A stretch of DNA of 64,000 nucleotides from an uncultured Gemmatimonadales bacterium (GCA_963842945.1 CAWJIM010000005.1:148361-212360); one strand, 5' to 3'; shown: positions 18,846 through 29,829, counted from the stretch's first letter. A program made the numbers and translations. The notes: a model not told the origin generated them from the letters alone.

Positions 18846-18908
18846 ACCGCCTGACCGCCCGACCGCCCTACCGCCTCACCGCCTGACCGCCTGACCGCCT
18901 GACCGCCG
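18846..18908. repeat. ACCGCCTG octamer tandem array
   Basis: About 8 imperfect copies directly after the MCP stop codon. Confidence 0.8.
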
Positions 18909-20195
18909 TCACGCCAACTTGAACCCTCCCACCGCCCCCGTCAGCTTCTCCGCCGCCTGCGCCAGATGACTGGCTGAAGAGGAAATCTCCTCCGTAGACG
19001 CGTTGAGCTGCTGGGCGGCCGAGGCGATCTGTTGCGCGGCTGAGGCGTATTCCTCGGTGCCGGAGGAGACTTCCTTCATCCGGCCGGCGATCCCCTCGAT
19101 CAGGCCGCGCACCTCGCCGGCCGAGTTCGAGATCCGCCGGGTCCACTCGTCGTTGGCCTCCGCTTCTTTCGCCACGTTCATCAGTCCGACCGCGGCCGCG
19201 TGCGCCGCCTCCCGCGCGGCCGTACCGCCCTGTCCCAGTCGCAGCAACCGCTCCCGCGCGGTCCCCACCTGGGCGACCACACTCTGCACCGTGTTGCTGG
19301 TTGACGTCGCCGCCTGCGCCGCCTGATTCGCCAGCTTCCGAACCTCCTCCGCCACCACGCTGAAGCCGCGGCCTTCGTCTCCCGCGCGCGCCGCCTCGAT
19401 CGATGCGTTGAGCGCCAGCATGTGGGTCTGCTTGGCGATCAGCTTGGCCTGGATGATGAACTTCTCGATGTCGCCCGACGCGGTGGTCAGCGCCTCCGCC
19501 TCCGCCGAGCCCCGCTCGATCTCCTCCGCCAGACGGGCCAGCTCGGCCGTGCTCTGGTCCAGCCGCTCCCGGTGCGACCGGGCCATCCGGGCCAGCGCCG
19601 CATTCCGCTCGGCCGCCTGGATCGAGCCGGCAGCCAGCTCGTGGGCGATCTCCAGGATCTTCCCCGCGTCCTGCGCCGCCGCGCGGACCACCTGCGCCTG
19701 CTGGTTGGCCCGCTCGGTCAGGTCGCTGGTCGTGCCCGCGACCTCCTGGGTGGAGGCCGTCATCTGCTGGGTGGAGGCGGCGATCTGCTGCGCCATCGAG
19801 GCCGCGTCGTGCGAATGCTGCCGGATCGTCCCCACCAGGTCCTGCAGCCGCTTCACCATGCCGACGATGGACGACGACAGCATGTCCAGCCCTTCGCGGC
19901 TGGCCCAGTCCGGCGTGCTCAGGTCGCCCTGCGACACCCGCGACGCGACCACCGCGACCTTGCCCGTGGGCTTGAGCACCTTGGTAAGCAGCAGCCGCAC
20001 CAGCGCCTGCTCTATGGCTATGCCACAGATCAGGATGGCTGCGGTGCCCCAGACGATCGGATGGTAGAGGGAGAGACCTTCGCCGATGGGGCAGGCGGCC
20101 AGCAGCACCCCGGCTCCAACGGTGGCGAGGACCGCGGCGGAGGCAAAGCCGATCAGGTGCAGCCGGAAGATGAAGTTGTTGCGGGTGGATGCCAT
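18909..20195 (-). CDS. Methyl-accepting chemotaxis protein
   Basis: Two N-terminal TMs, HAMP (GDLS), signalling hairpin [37 protein letters not shown]. Confidence 0.92.
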   Translation of the reverse strand: MASTRNNFIFRLHLIGFASAAVLATVGAGVLLAACPIGEGLSLYHPIVWGTAAILICGIAIEQALVRLLLTKVLKPTGKVAVVASRVSQGDLSTPDWASREGLDMLSSSIVGMVKRLQDLVGTIRQHSHDAASMAQQIAASTQQMTASTQEVAGTTSDLTERANQQAQVVRAAAQDAGKILEIAHELAAGSIQAAERNAALARMARSHRERLDQSTAELARLAEEIERGSAEAEALTTASGDIEKFIIQAKLIAKQTHMLALNASIEAARAGDEGRGFSVVAEEVRKLANQAAQAATSTSNTVQSVVAQVGTARERLLRLGQGGTAAREAAHAAAVGLMNVAKEAEANDEWTRRISNSAGEVRGLIEGIAGRMKEVSSGTEEYASAAQQIASAAQQLNASTEEISSSASHLAQAAEKLTGAVGGFKLA

Positions 20196-20295
20196 GCTCC
20201 GGAGTATCGGTCGATCGGGGATCCCGCTTCACCCGGCTGCATGGCAGTAAGCTGGCGTTGCAAATAGATTTACCGACTCCCGTTACCATCCAGTC

Positions 20296-22919
20296 ATGAA
20301 GACGACCGAGAGCCGAGTGAAGCAGAATCCCGGATCGACCCACGAGGGCTCCTACCAGCCCGACGTGGTGGAGGCCAAGTGGCAGGCCCGCTGGGCCGAG
20401 CGGCACACCAACGAGCCGGACCTCGACCGGGCCGCCCGCCCGTTCTACAACCTCATGATGTTCCCCTATCCCTCGGCCGAGGGGCTGCACGTGGGGAACA
20501 TGTTCGCCTTCACCGGGGCCGACACCTACGGCCGGTTCAAGCGGCTGCAGGGCTACGACGTGTTCGAGCCGATCGGCTACGACGCCTTCGGGATCCACAG
20601 CGAGAACTACGCGATCGCCCAGGGGATCAATCCCGGCAAGCTGATCCCCCGGAACATCGCCAATTTCAGCCGGCAGCTCCGGCGGATCGGCGGCATGTTC
20701 GACTGGCGGCACGAGCTGTCCACCACCGATCCCAGCTACTACAAGTGGACCCAGTGGATCTTCCTCCAGCTGTTCAAGGCGGGGAAGGCGTACAAGAAGG
20801 CGGCGGCGGTCAACTGGTGTCCCAAGGACAAGACCGTCCTGGCCAACGAGCAGGTCATCAACGGCCACTGCGAGCGCTGCGATTCCGTGGTCGAGCAGCG
20901 GTTCCTGGAGCAGTGGTTCTTCCGGATCACCGACTACGCCGACCGCCTGCTGGCCAACCTCGACGACAAGTCGAAGATGGACTGGTCCGAGAGCACCGTC
21001 CTGGCGCAGCGGAATTGGTTAGGGCGATCGGAAGGCGCGGAAATAGTTTTTAGCGGGGCAGCGGGGCAGCGGGGCAGCGGGGCAGAAGGTGTCACCCCGA
21101 GCGCACGGAGTGTCACCCTGAGCGCAGCGAAGGGGCCAGCTCCGAAGAGCCCGAGATCAGGGTCTTCACGACCCGGCCCGACACCATCTTCGGCGCCACC
21201 TTCATGGTCCTCGCCCCGGAGCATCCGCTTGGTGGACGCCTTCACCACCGCCGAGCACCGGGCCGAGGTGGACGCGTACCGGAAGATGGTCGCGGCCAAG
21301 GACCTGGTCTCCCGCAAGGTGGGCGACCGGGAGAAGACCGGCGTCTTCACCGGCGGCTACGCCGTGAACCCCGCGACCGGCCAGCCCATTCCGGTCTGGA
21401 TCGCCGACTACGTCCTGATGGAGTACGGCACCGGCGCCATCATGGCCGTGCCCGGCCACGACGAGCGGGACTTCGAGTTCGCCCGCCGCTACGGCCTGCC
21501 GATCGTCCGCGTCGTCGCAGATACCTCATCCCGAGCGGAGCGAGGGATCTTGCCCACCGACCCGGACGCTCCCGGCTGACGGCGGCGTACGTCGACAACG
21601 AAGCAAGGCGTCCTGGTCCACTCCGGCCAGTTCGACGGCCTCCCGGTCCCGGAGGCCAAGCGCGCCATCACTGCCTGGCTGGCCGAGCGCGGCGCGGGCA
21701 AGGCCGTGGTCAACTACCGGCTCCACGACTGGACCATCTCCCGCCAGCGCTACTGGGGCCCGCCCATCCCCATCATCTACTGCGACGAGCACGGCGCCGT
21801 CCCGGTCCCGGAGAAGGATCTCCCGGTCGAGCTCCCCATCATCGAGGACTTCAAGCCCGACGACACCGGCGTCTCGCCCCTGGCCCGGCACGAGGAGTGG
21901 TACTACGTGCCCTGTCCGGTGTGCGGCAAGCGGGCGCCGGCGCGAGACCGACGTGAGCGACACCTTCCTCGACTCGGCCTGGTATTTCCTGCGGTATCCC
22001 AGCACCGAGTTCGACGACCGGCCGTTCGATCCGGCGCGCACCCGGAAGTGGCTGCCGGTCACCAGCTACATCGGCGGCAACGAGCACGCCGTGCTCCATC
22101 TCCTGTACTCGCGCTTCATCACCATGGTGCTGCACGACCTGGGGCAGCTCGACTTCGAGGAGCCGTTCCGGAAGTTCCGGGCCCACGGCCTGATCGTGAA
22201 GGACGGCTCCAAGATGTCCAAGTCGCGGGGCAACGTCGTGGTGCCCGACGAGTACATCGCCCAGTGGGGCGCCGACACCTTCCGGATGTATTTGATGTTC
22301 CTGGGACCGTTCCAGGAGGGCGGCGACTTCCGGGACGAGGGCATCAGCGGCCCCCGGCGATTCCTGGAGAAGGTGTGGAATCTGGTCGGCCAGACGGCCC
22401 TCGCGACTCGAGACTCGCGACTCGCGCTGACTCCGCGACCCGCGACTCGTGACTCGCGACTCACCATCAAATACCACCAAACCGTGAAGCGCGTCACCGA
22501 GGGCATGGAGCAGCTCCACTACAACACCAGCATCGCGGCGCTGATGGAGTTCGTGAACGCGCTGCGGGAAGAGGGCTCAACTCATCGGGAGATGGTCGAG
22601 GGGCTGATCCTCATGCTGGCCCCCTTCGCGCCCCACTTTGCCGAGGAGAGCTGGGAGCGGCTGGGTCACGACACTTCGATTTTCGACGCGCGCTGGCCCG
22701 AGTGGGACGAGAGCGCTGGTGGTGGAGGACCAGGTCGAGGTGGTGATCCAGGTCAGCGGGAAGACCCGGGGCAGGGTGTCGGTGCCGCGGGATGCGGATC
22801 AGGGGGCGGTGGTGGCGGCGGCGCAGGAGGATGCGGCGGTGCGGCGGTTTACCGAGGGGAAGGAGGTTCGGAAGGTGGTGTACGTGCCGAACCGGTTGCT
22901 GAACTTGGTGGTCGGCTAA
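20296..22919 (+). CDS. leuS: Leucyl-tRNA synthetase (read frameshifts; carries repeat-derived inserts)
   Basis: [113 protein letters not shown]. Confidence 0.97.
21053..21135 (+). repeat. GCGGGGCA x4 plus two REP-like units inside leuS
   Basis: gcggggca x4, then tgtcaccccgagcgcacggag and tgtcaccctgagcgcagcgaagggg. Confidence 0.85.
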
Positions 22920-22939
22920 GCCTTTCATCGCCCAAATCA

Positions 22940-23332
22940 ATGTCGAGAGCTGCTCAGCCGTGGAAACCGGTCTCAGCCGAAGTATTTCAGAGCGTGAGAA
23001 ACTCGGGTCAGACAGTTCAGATCGCTAGAAATCAGTACCCCGAGTGGGCCAATAAAGTCGCGGAGATCCAAGCCATTTGGATCCACGATTACCAAACTCC
23101 TCGTGCCCTACAGTCCACTGATACATCCACACCTGTGAGTGGCTCTTTTGATGTGGAACGCCGAGGCAAACAGCAAGGTGATTCGCTCAAATTCGATCGC
23201 TACTACTACATCACATCAGGGGATGGCTCGTTTTGGCAATCCGGTCCTTACAAAAATGTGGACTATGGCCATCACCTAACCGAGCGCCCTGATTTTCTCG
23301 AACAATATCCCAGGAGCTCATCCAGCACCTGA
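22940..23332 (+). CDS. Hypothetical protein in a lower-GC patch
   Basis: 130-aa ORF from ATG 22940, visibly more A/T-rich than its neighbours, right after the leuS stop. Confidence 0.5.
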   Translation: MSRAAQPWKPVSAEVFQSVRNSGQTVQIARNQYPEWANKVAEIQAIWIHDYQTPRALQSTDTSTPVSGSFDVERRGKQQGDSLKFDRYYYITSGDGSFWQSGPYKNVDYGHHLTERPDFLEQYPRSSSST

Positions 23333-23379
23333 CACCGAAGAAGCCTGTACAAGACAAAGGACAATCATCCTCGCACGAT

Positions 23380-23542
23380 CTTCCACAAGAACTTCGGCAT
23401 GCGGATCGATCACCTGCTGGTCACCCGTCCTGTGGTGGAGCGCCCCCCTGGCGATCGACCTCGAAGAGCTCGGGCCATCCGTTCGACGCGGGGTGGGAAG
23501 GGGGCGGCGGCGCGGATCGCGGCGCGGACGGGCAAAGGCTGA
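23380..23542 (+). pseudogene. Decayed copy of the xth 3' end
   Basis: Matches 28691-28916 (ttccacaagaacttcggcatgcggatcgatcacctgctggtcacccg...) with a 62-nt internal deletion at a CGC microhomology. Confidence 0.9.
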
Positions 23543-23573
23543 CGACGGCTCGCTGAGCGTTCGCGTGGTGCCG

Positions 23574-23597
23574 GCGGGTGATCCACACCACGGTCCT
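23574..23597 (+). repeat. Dispersed motif GCGGGTGATCCACACCACGGTCCT, copy 1
   Basis: Identical 24-mer at 29488-29511; 19-nt core at 33276-33294. Confidence 0.85.
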
Positions 23598-23621
23598 GGG
23601 GAGTTGCCCGGCTCCGGTCAG

Positions 23622-26243
23622 CTACCGGGTCGGCGCGAGGCGATCGAAAGCGTGCTGCAGGCCGATCAAGGTGGACCGCGCCGAGCCACCGCTGAGCATG
23701 ACGAAATGCTGATCGTCGGGGGCCACGTCGTACTCCCGGTAGGCATCACCGCTCACGAACGAGCCGGTGAACAGTAGGCGACGCCCGGTGACCGCGAAGG
23801 TGGGGCCGGGTGCGACCGCGGCTGCCATCAGGCTGTCGCCGGAGCGGAAGAACAGCTCCCGCCCGCTGTGGGCCCAGGCTGCCTCCGTGCCTCCGTGCAG
23901 CGAGACCGGCACCCTGGCCCCGGGCCCCGGATAGGGCCGCACGTACACCTCCATCTGCCCCGTCTCGTCCGACTGGTACGCTAGCCACTTCCCGTTCGGT
24001 GAGAGCGCCGGAGCGGATTCGCCGAACGTGCCGGAGATCAAGAGTCGCGACGCGGGAGCCGAATCGAATGCCATGCTCCGAATCCCGTTGCGATCGCTCG
24101 CCGCCTCCTGATACACCACGGCACGTCCATCAGGAGTGACTGTCCCCGCGAACCGGTTGCCGTTGGCGACCAGCAGGCTCTCGGGACGGCCGCTGCCGTC
24201 GGCGTCGATCCACCAGAGGTCGTCGTTGCTGGAGTAGACCAGACGACGGCCGTCGGGCGTCCAGATCGGCCGATTGTTGATCCCGCTGGTGGTGAGGCGC
24301 GACCAGGTGCTTTGCGCGACATCGAAGACCCAGATGTCCTTCGTGCCCGCCTGGTCGGTGATCCCGAGTGCCATGCGGCGTCCGTCGGGGGAGAAACGAG
24401 GGCTGGCGAAGCGCCGGGCCTCGCCCGGAATGAGCTTGGCCGATCCCGAGCGCCCGACCAGCACCAGACGGCGCGGGGAGTCCCCGCCGGACTGCGGATA
24501 GACGATGGCGCCGCTGGCCGAGACCGCCGCGCGGGAGACGAAGCCGTCGGGTTGGGACACGTCACGCGTGATCGTGACCGGCGGTCCGCTCGGCCGACCC
24601 CGCTTCGCATCGAAGGGCAGGGCGATCAGGCTGCCGTCCGCGCTGCCCAGGGTCACGAAGCCGGCCGCTACCCACCGCGGACTGAATCCCGGCTGATCGA
24701 ATCTGGTGATGGCGTGGGTGTCGAGATTCAACGCCGCGAGGCGGCTGCTCGATCCGTTGAACAGCGAGAACAGCACGGTCCGGGTCCCCGGCAAGAGCAT
24801 CGGGCCCCGGAAAGCCTCGGTCGAGGTGCTGTCGGGACGCGCGATCTCGTGCGGCGTCCCACCTTGGGCCGACACCGCCATCAGTATCCGCGAATTGGGA
24901 CTGATGGAGGGCGCCGTGTGGTAGCGGACGGTGTCGTCGTCGCCCCAGGAGAAGGAGTAGCCGGTGCAGGAGTCGCAGATCGTCACCGGCGCGCCGCCGG
25001 CCAGCGGGACCTTCACGACCCTGGCGCCATCCAGGTATCCGAGCCACCGGCCGTCGGGGGAAAAGAAGGGGTTGACCGCTCGACGCGCGCCGGCGACCGG
25101 CACCGCGTCGAGCCTGTCGGCCGCGCGCAGCATCAGGCCTACACGCGAGGTGTAGGCGAAGACGGAGCCATCGGGAGCGTAGGCCAGGCCGCTTCCATTG
25201 TGGTCGGCCAGCGCGGCGCTGTCCGGCAGCGTCATGGCGTACTTCAGGACCACCGGCGGAAACTGCTGGGCCGGTTGCCGGCCCCGCATTCCGAGAAGCA
25301 CTGCGGCGGCGGTGGCGACCGCCGCGACGGCACCGAGGAGGTAGAGGGCGATTGGTCGAGCGGATCTGGGCCGGACGTGCCTGTGACCGCCCGACCGGCT
25401 GGCCGCCTGACCCTCCAGCGCCGTGGCGAACTCGGCCGCGGTGGCGAACCGGTCGGCCGGCAGCTTAGCCAGCGCCGTCAGCACCGCATCCTCGACCGCG
25501 GAAGGGACGCTCCGGCGCTGGGCCGTGAGCCCGGCCGGCTCCGCCGTGATCACCTTGGCCACGATCGCCTGCGCCGTGGGACCGGTGAACGGCGGCTCGC
25601 CCACCAGCATTTCGTAGGTCATGACGCCGAGCGCGTACACGTCGCTCCGGGCGGTGATCTCCCGCTCGCCCATCGCCTGTTCCGGCGACATGTAGTGCGG
25701 CGTGCCGAGCGACATCCCGGTCTCGGTCATCCGGCTGCCGCCCGCGCTCGAGACCGCCAGCGCGATCCCGAAATCCGCTACCAGCGCAGAGCCGTCGTGC
25801 AGCATCACGTTCTCGGGCTTGATGTCGCGGTGGATCACCCCGTGCCGGTGGGCGTAGTCGAGGGCGCTGGCGACTTCGGTCGCGAGCCGCACGGCCTCCG
25901 CGATGGGGAGCTGCTTCTCGCGGGTGAGCCGGTCGCGCAGGCTCTCGCCCTCCACGAACGGCATCACGTAATACGCGGTGCCATGAACCTCACCCGAGTC
26001 GATCAGGCCGAGAATGTGAGGGTGCTGCAGGTTGGCGATGGTTTTGATCTCGCGGAGAAATCGCTCGGCCCCGATCACTGCGGCCAGCTCGGGGCGGAGC
26101 ACCTTGATCGCGACCCGGCGGTCGTGCCGGAGGTCCTGCGCGAGATAGACCGTGGCCATGCCGCCCGCGCCCAGCTCGCGCTCGAGGTTGTACCGGCCGG
26201 CAAGCGCGGCGCGCAGTGACTCAACTGGGGCGGGGGCAGTCAT
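23622..26243 (-). CDS. Ser/Thr protein kinase with TM and TolB/PD40 beta-propeller
   Basis: GAGGMATV, VAIK, HRDIKPEN, DFG, GTPHYMSPE; repeated FSPDG/SPNG blades. Confidence 0.95.
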   Translation of the reverse strand: MTAPAPVESLRAALAGRYNLERELGAGGMATVYLAQDLRHDRRVAIKVLRPELAAVIGAERFLREIKTIANLQHPHILGLIDSGEVHGTAYYVMPFVEGESLRDRLTREKQLPIAEAVRLATEVASALDYAHRHGVIHRDIKPENVMLHDGSALVADFGIALAVSSAGGSRMTETGMSLGTPHYMSPEQAMGEREITARSDVYALGVMTYEMLVGEPPFTGPTAQAIVAKVITAEPAGLTAQRRSVPSAVEDAVLTALAKLPADRFATAAEFATALEGQAASRSGGHRHVRPRSARPIALYLLGAVAAVATAAAVLLGMRGRQPAQQFPPVVLKYAMTLPDSAALADHNGSGLAYAPDGSVFAYTSRVGLMLRAADRLDAVPVAGARRAVNPFFSPDGRWLGYLDGARVVKVPLAGGAPVTICDSCTGYSFSWGDDDTVRYHTAPSISPNSRILMAVSAQGGTPHEIARPDSTSTEAFRGPMLLPGTRTVLFSLFNGSSSRLAALNLDTHAITRFDQPGFSPRWVAAGFVTLGSADGSLIALPFDAKRGRPSGPPVTITRDVSQPDGFVSRAAVSASGAIVYPQSGGDSPRRLVLVGRSGSAKLIPGEARRFASPRFSPDGRRMALGITDQAGTKDIWVFDVAQSTWSRLTTSGINNRPIWTPDGRRLVYSSNDDLWWIDADGSGRPESLLVANGNRFAGTVTPDGRAVVYQEAASDRNGIRSMAFDSAPASRLLISGTFGESAPALSPNGKWLAYQSDETGQMEVYVRPYPGPGARVPVSLHGGTEAAWAHSGRELFFRSGDSLMAAAVAPGPTFAVTGRRLLFTGSFVSGDAYREYDVAPDDQHFVMLSGGSARSTLIGLQHAFDRLAPTR

Positions 26244-26496
26244 GGGAGTGACGGAATGTGTGGCGCGGAGCGACCGGGCGCCAGCGAGGGGCTCGTGCGC
26301 TTACTACCCTGGGCGAGCCGAGGTCGAGGTCGTCCTTCAGTACTCCCCGACGTACCAGAGATCTGAGCCAAGCGGCATCGTGGCAATTCACCAGCACGGT
26401 AGTTTGCGAAACGCTCGCGATTTAAACTCGTTATCCAGTACTATGGTCTAATTGACCGGTACGGTGCCAAAGCCTACCGTGCCCCACGTTCCCTCG

Positions 26497-26612
26497 CACC
26501 CACCAAGGCACACCCGGCGAAAGCCGGGGTCGCAAAGCCACGGGTCCTCGCCCCCTCCGCGACGCCGGACATCAGACGCCACGAAGGCCCCAAGACCGCC
26601 GAGCTACCTGAA
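26497..26612 (+). promoter_or_regulatory. c-di-GMP-I (GEMM) riboswitch aptamer
   Basis: AAGGCACACCCGGC-GAAA-GCCGGGGTC-GCAAAGCCACGGGTCC...GACCGCCGAGCTACC matches the GEMM layout (P2 with GNRA loop, GCAAAGCC junction, terminal AGCTACC). Confidence 0.85.
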
Positions 26613-26635
26613 GACCAGCTCGGCGTCGTGTTTTT
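26594..26635 (+). terminator. Putative intrinsic terminator overlapping the riboswitch 3' strand
   Basis: CGCCGAGCT (26597-26605) / AGCTCGGCG (26617-26625) followed by TCGTGTTTTT. Confidence 0.6.
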
Positions 26636-26714
26636 GCCGACCCGGGCCTTCGAGGGGCGCGACGTCAGACGAGAGCAATGGTGCCGTCGCCAACCCCCTG
26701 AGAAAGGAATCCCC

Positions 26715-27929
26715 ATGCCTGTCACCGCCACAAAGTCACCGGACGCCACAGCGGTCCGGCCGTTCGCGAAGACCGAGTTCCCTGAGGCGGAGCTCGAGGC
26801 CCTGCGTGGGCGCATCCTGGCCACACGATGGCCCGAAAAGGAGACCGTCGACGATCAGTCGCAGGGCGTGCAGCTCGCGACGATGCAGAGACTCGCCCGC
26901 TATTGGGCGACGGACTACGACTGGCGTAAGATGCGAGACGAAGTTGAATGCCCTGCCGCAATTCATCACCGAGATCGATGGACTGGACATCCATTTCATT
27001 CACGTCCGTTCACAACACGAGAATGCGTTGCCGCTGATCGTCACCCACGGATGGCCCGGCTCGGTCATCGAACAGATGAAAATCATCGACCCGCTGATCA
27101 ATCCCACGGCCCACGGTGGGAGCGCGTCGGACGCTTTTCATCGTGGTGATCCCGTCGATACCGGGCTACGGCTTCTCCGGCAAGCCGACCACCACCGGCT
27201 GGGGCCCCCCTCACATCGCGCAGGCCTGGGTCGTGCTGATGAAGCGCCTCGGCTACACGAGATTTGTGGCGCAAGGCGGCGATTGGGGCGCGGTCATCAC
27301 GGATCTAATGGGTCTGCAGGCGGCTCCCGAATTGCTCGGCATCCACGTCAACATGCCCGGCATCTTTCCAGCCGACATTGATGCGGCGGCCTTCTCCGGC
27401 GCTCCGGCGCCATCGGGTCTCTCAGCCGATGAGAAACTCGCTTACGACCGCCTGCAGTTCGTCTATCAAAAGGGAATCGCCTACGGCTACCAGATGGGTC
27501 TGCGACCGCAAACATTATTCGGAATCGCGGACTCACCCGTCGGCCTGGCGGCGTATTTCCTGGATCACGACGCCCGCAGCCTGGAGCTGATCTCCCGCGT
27601 CTTTCGAGGGACAAGCCGAGGGCCTCACCCGCGACGACATCCTCGACAACATCACGCTCACCTGGTTGACCAACACGGCGATGTCTGGCGCCCGTCTCTA
27701 CTGGGAGTATTTCGGCAAGGGGTATTTCAATGCCAAAGGCGTCACCATCCCGGTGGCCGTGAGCGTCTTTCCGGACGAGCTCTATCCGGCCCCGCGGAGC
27801 TGGACCGAGCGGGCCTATCCCAAGCTGATCCATTACAACAAGCTCGACAAAGGCGGCCACTTTGCGGCCTGGGAACAGCCGAAAATCTTTTCGGAGGAGG
27901 TTCGCGCCGGGTTCCGGTCGCTTCGCTAG
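26715..27929 (+). CDS. Epoxide hydrolase (EHN-type alpha/beta hydrolase; frameshifted)
   Basis: AAAGGA RBS; RILATRWP, YDWR, IDGLDIHF, HGWPGS, PSIPGYGFS, QGGDWG, GGHFAAWEQP. Confidence 0.92.
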
Positions 27930-27962
27930 AACGTGTGAGAAGGCTGCAACCAGGAGTAGCAC

Positions 27963-27996
27963 ACCGCCGCCGACAGCTTCGACTATCGGCGGCGGT
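27963..27996 (+). terminator. Hairpin after the epoxide hydrolase gene
   Basis: accgccgccga / tcggcggcggt stem. Confidence 0.5.
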
Positions 27997-28034
27997 TCCC
28001 GCTTTGGGTGAAGGTGACACCAGTAAGTTCCGTC

Positions 28035-28916
28035 ATGCGGATCGCAACCTGGAACGTGAACTCGCTCAAAGCCCGCCTGGAGAAGGTCTCCCGGTGGCTG
28101 GAGCGGGCGCGGCCCGATGTGCTGCTGATGCAGGAGACCAAGCTGGCGGATTCAGCCGCGCCGGTCGCCGAGTTTCGCGCTGCCGGCTACGAGCTGGCTC
28201 ACCACGGCGAGGGGCAGTGGAACGGAGTCGCCATCGCCAGCCGCGTCGGGATCGTCGGCGTGGTGACCAACTTCGGCGAACCGCTCCGCCCGGCGCGGAC
28301 TCCCGATATCGGTGACGACGAGCCGCTGGCGGAGGCGCGGATGATGGCCGCGACCTGCGGAGGCGTGCGCGTCGTGTCGGTCTACGCTCCCAATGGAAGG
28401 TCCGTCGGCTCGTCCTTCTACGAAGCCAAACTGGTGTGGTACGAGCGTCTCGCCCGCTGGCTCGAGCAAGCGGCCGATCCGGCGGAGCCCCTCGTGCTCG
28501 GCGGCGACTTCAATCTCGCTCCCGAGGACCAGGACGTGTGGGACCCGGTGGCCTGCCATGGCGGGACCCACGTGTCACCCCGGGAGCGGGACGCCTTCTT
28601 CCGGCTGTGTCGCTGGGGTCTGGTGGACGCCTACCGCCTTCGTCACGCCGAGACGGGGCGCTACACCTGGTGGGATTATCGCGCGGGGAACTTCCACAAG
28701 AACTTCGGCATGCGGATCGATCACCTGCTGGTCACCCGCCCCGTGGCGGAGCGCACGGTGTGGGCCGAGATCGATCGGGAGGCCCGGAAGGGCAAGCCGA
28801 TCCCGTCGGACCACGCCCCCCTGGCGATCGACCTCGACAGCCCGGGCCATCCGTTCGACGCGGGGTGGGAGGCGGCGGTGGCGCGCATCGCCGCTCGAAC
28901 GGTCCGCACCGGATAG
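28035..28916 (+). CDS. xth: Exodeoxyribonuclease III
   Basis: MRIATWNVNS, QETK, NGVA, YAPNG, GDFN, YTWWDYR, RIDH, SDHAP. Confidence 0.95.
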   Translation: MRIATWNVNSLKARLEKVSRWLERARPDVLLMQETKLADSAAPVAEFRAAGYELAHHGEGQWNGVAIASRVGIVGVVTNFGEPLRPARTPDIGDDEPLAEARMMAATCGGVRVVSVYAPNGRSVGSSFYEAKLVWYERLARWLEQAADPAEPLVLGGDFNLAPEDQDVWDPVACHGGTHVSPRERDAFFRLCRWGLVDAYRLRHAETGRYTWWDYRAGNFHKNFGMRIDHLLVTRPVAERTVWAEIDREARKGKPIPSDHAPLAIDLDSPGHPFDAGWEAAVARIAARTVRTG

Positions 28917-29029
28917 AGGGGCGGCAATCGAACAAGCCTTTCGGCGGCTCGCCGCAGCGCGGGCCAGCCCCTTCCGCCGACCCTGAAACGTCTCCATGCT
29001 TCTGGAAAGCCTGCACGAGAGTCCACGAC

Positions 29030-29495
29030 ATGTCAGCCGACAACGGTGAAGAGCTTACCCGAATACTCGCAACCCATAGAGAGCAGGTAGCGGCGGCCCG
29101 GGTGGCGGCCCAGCAACGCGCCCGCAACGACGAGAGCGCCCGGCACGACTGCGAAGCACCGCTTCGCCGCGTAGTCTTTCCTCTGCTTCAAGAATGGTCG
29201 CTGCGGCTCGGGACCGAAGGGTATCCGGGCAGCGTCGAGGACCGCCTCGGCTGTCGTCCCCCCAGCCTGGGTATTTCGGCTGGCGCCTCACGGAGCTCCG
29301 GCATCGTCCCTGACGCTCGCATGCGAGGCGGGCCCGTCGGTACGCTTCAAGATGAACGTGGATGGCAAGGACCTGGCCAACGATCTGCAAACCCCGCTCA
29401 CCCAACTTGAGGCTCACGTCGTCGTTGAGCAGCTCGGCCGCTTCGTGACAGCGGCGCTGGCGGCGACCATACCGACAAGAAGCGACTGCGGGTGA
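29030..29495 (+). CDS. Hypothetical protein (frameshift near 29270)
   Basis: MSADNGEELTRIL... continues in another frame as VFRLAPHGAPASSLTLACE...TRSDCG-TGA; the stop lies inside the dispersed motif. Confidence 0.55.
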
Positions 29496-29511
29496 TCCAC
29501 ACCACGGTCCT
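29488..29511 (+). repeat. Dispersed motif, copy 2
   Basis: GCGGGTGATCCACACCACGGTCCT, identical to 23574-23597. Confidence 0.85.
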
Positions 29512-29829
29512 CCAAGACGCCCCAGTTCACAGCCCGCCGTGGTCCTGGAGGCAGTGCGACTGAATCCGGCGGGCCCAGTGAGCGAGCTGCTTGTTATTGA
29601 CGTCCGCCGCGGGTATCATTCCCCCTGATTGATGGCGCCACGGCGCCCAAAAAAGTCAGACGAATAACACACGGGCTGGCGTTCATGCTGGCCCGTTTTT
29701 TCTTGGCGATCCGTTCCCGGCGCAGTAGCGCCACGGTAGCCGAGCCCACGTGGAGGCGGAATCCACGGAAACCGTAGTCGGCAGTGCGGCTCGTCCGAGC
29801 TCCGATTACATCAGTATCAGGAGTAGGAT

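Noticed and set aside
20485..20500. HVGN instead of HIGH in LeuRS
   Set aside because: Within normal variation of class I synthetase signatures; KMSKS is intact.
25829..25842. Fourth copy of the dispersed motif (GGGGTGATCCAC) on the minus strand
   Set aside because: Only a partial match, explained by the kinase GVIHRD codons.
24312..26219. Long antisense ORFs (635 aa here, also 18868-20868, 7033-8409, 4753-6051)
   Set aside because: Shadow frames of well-supported GC-rich genes on the opposite strand or frame.
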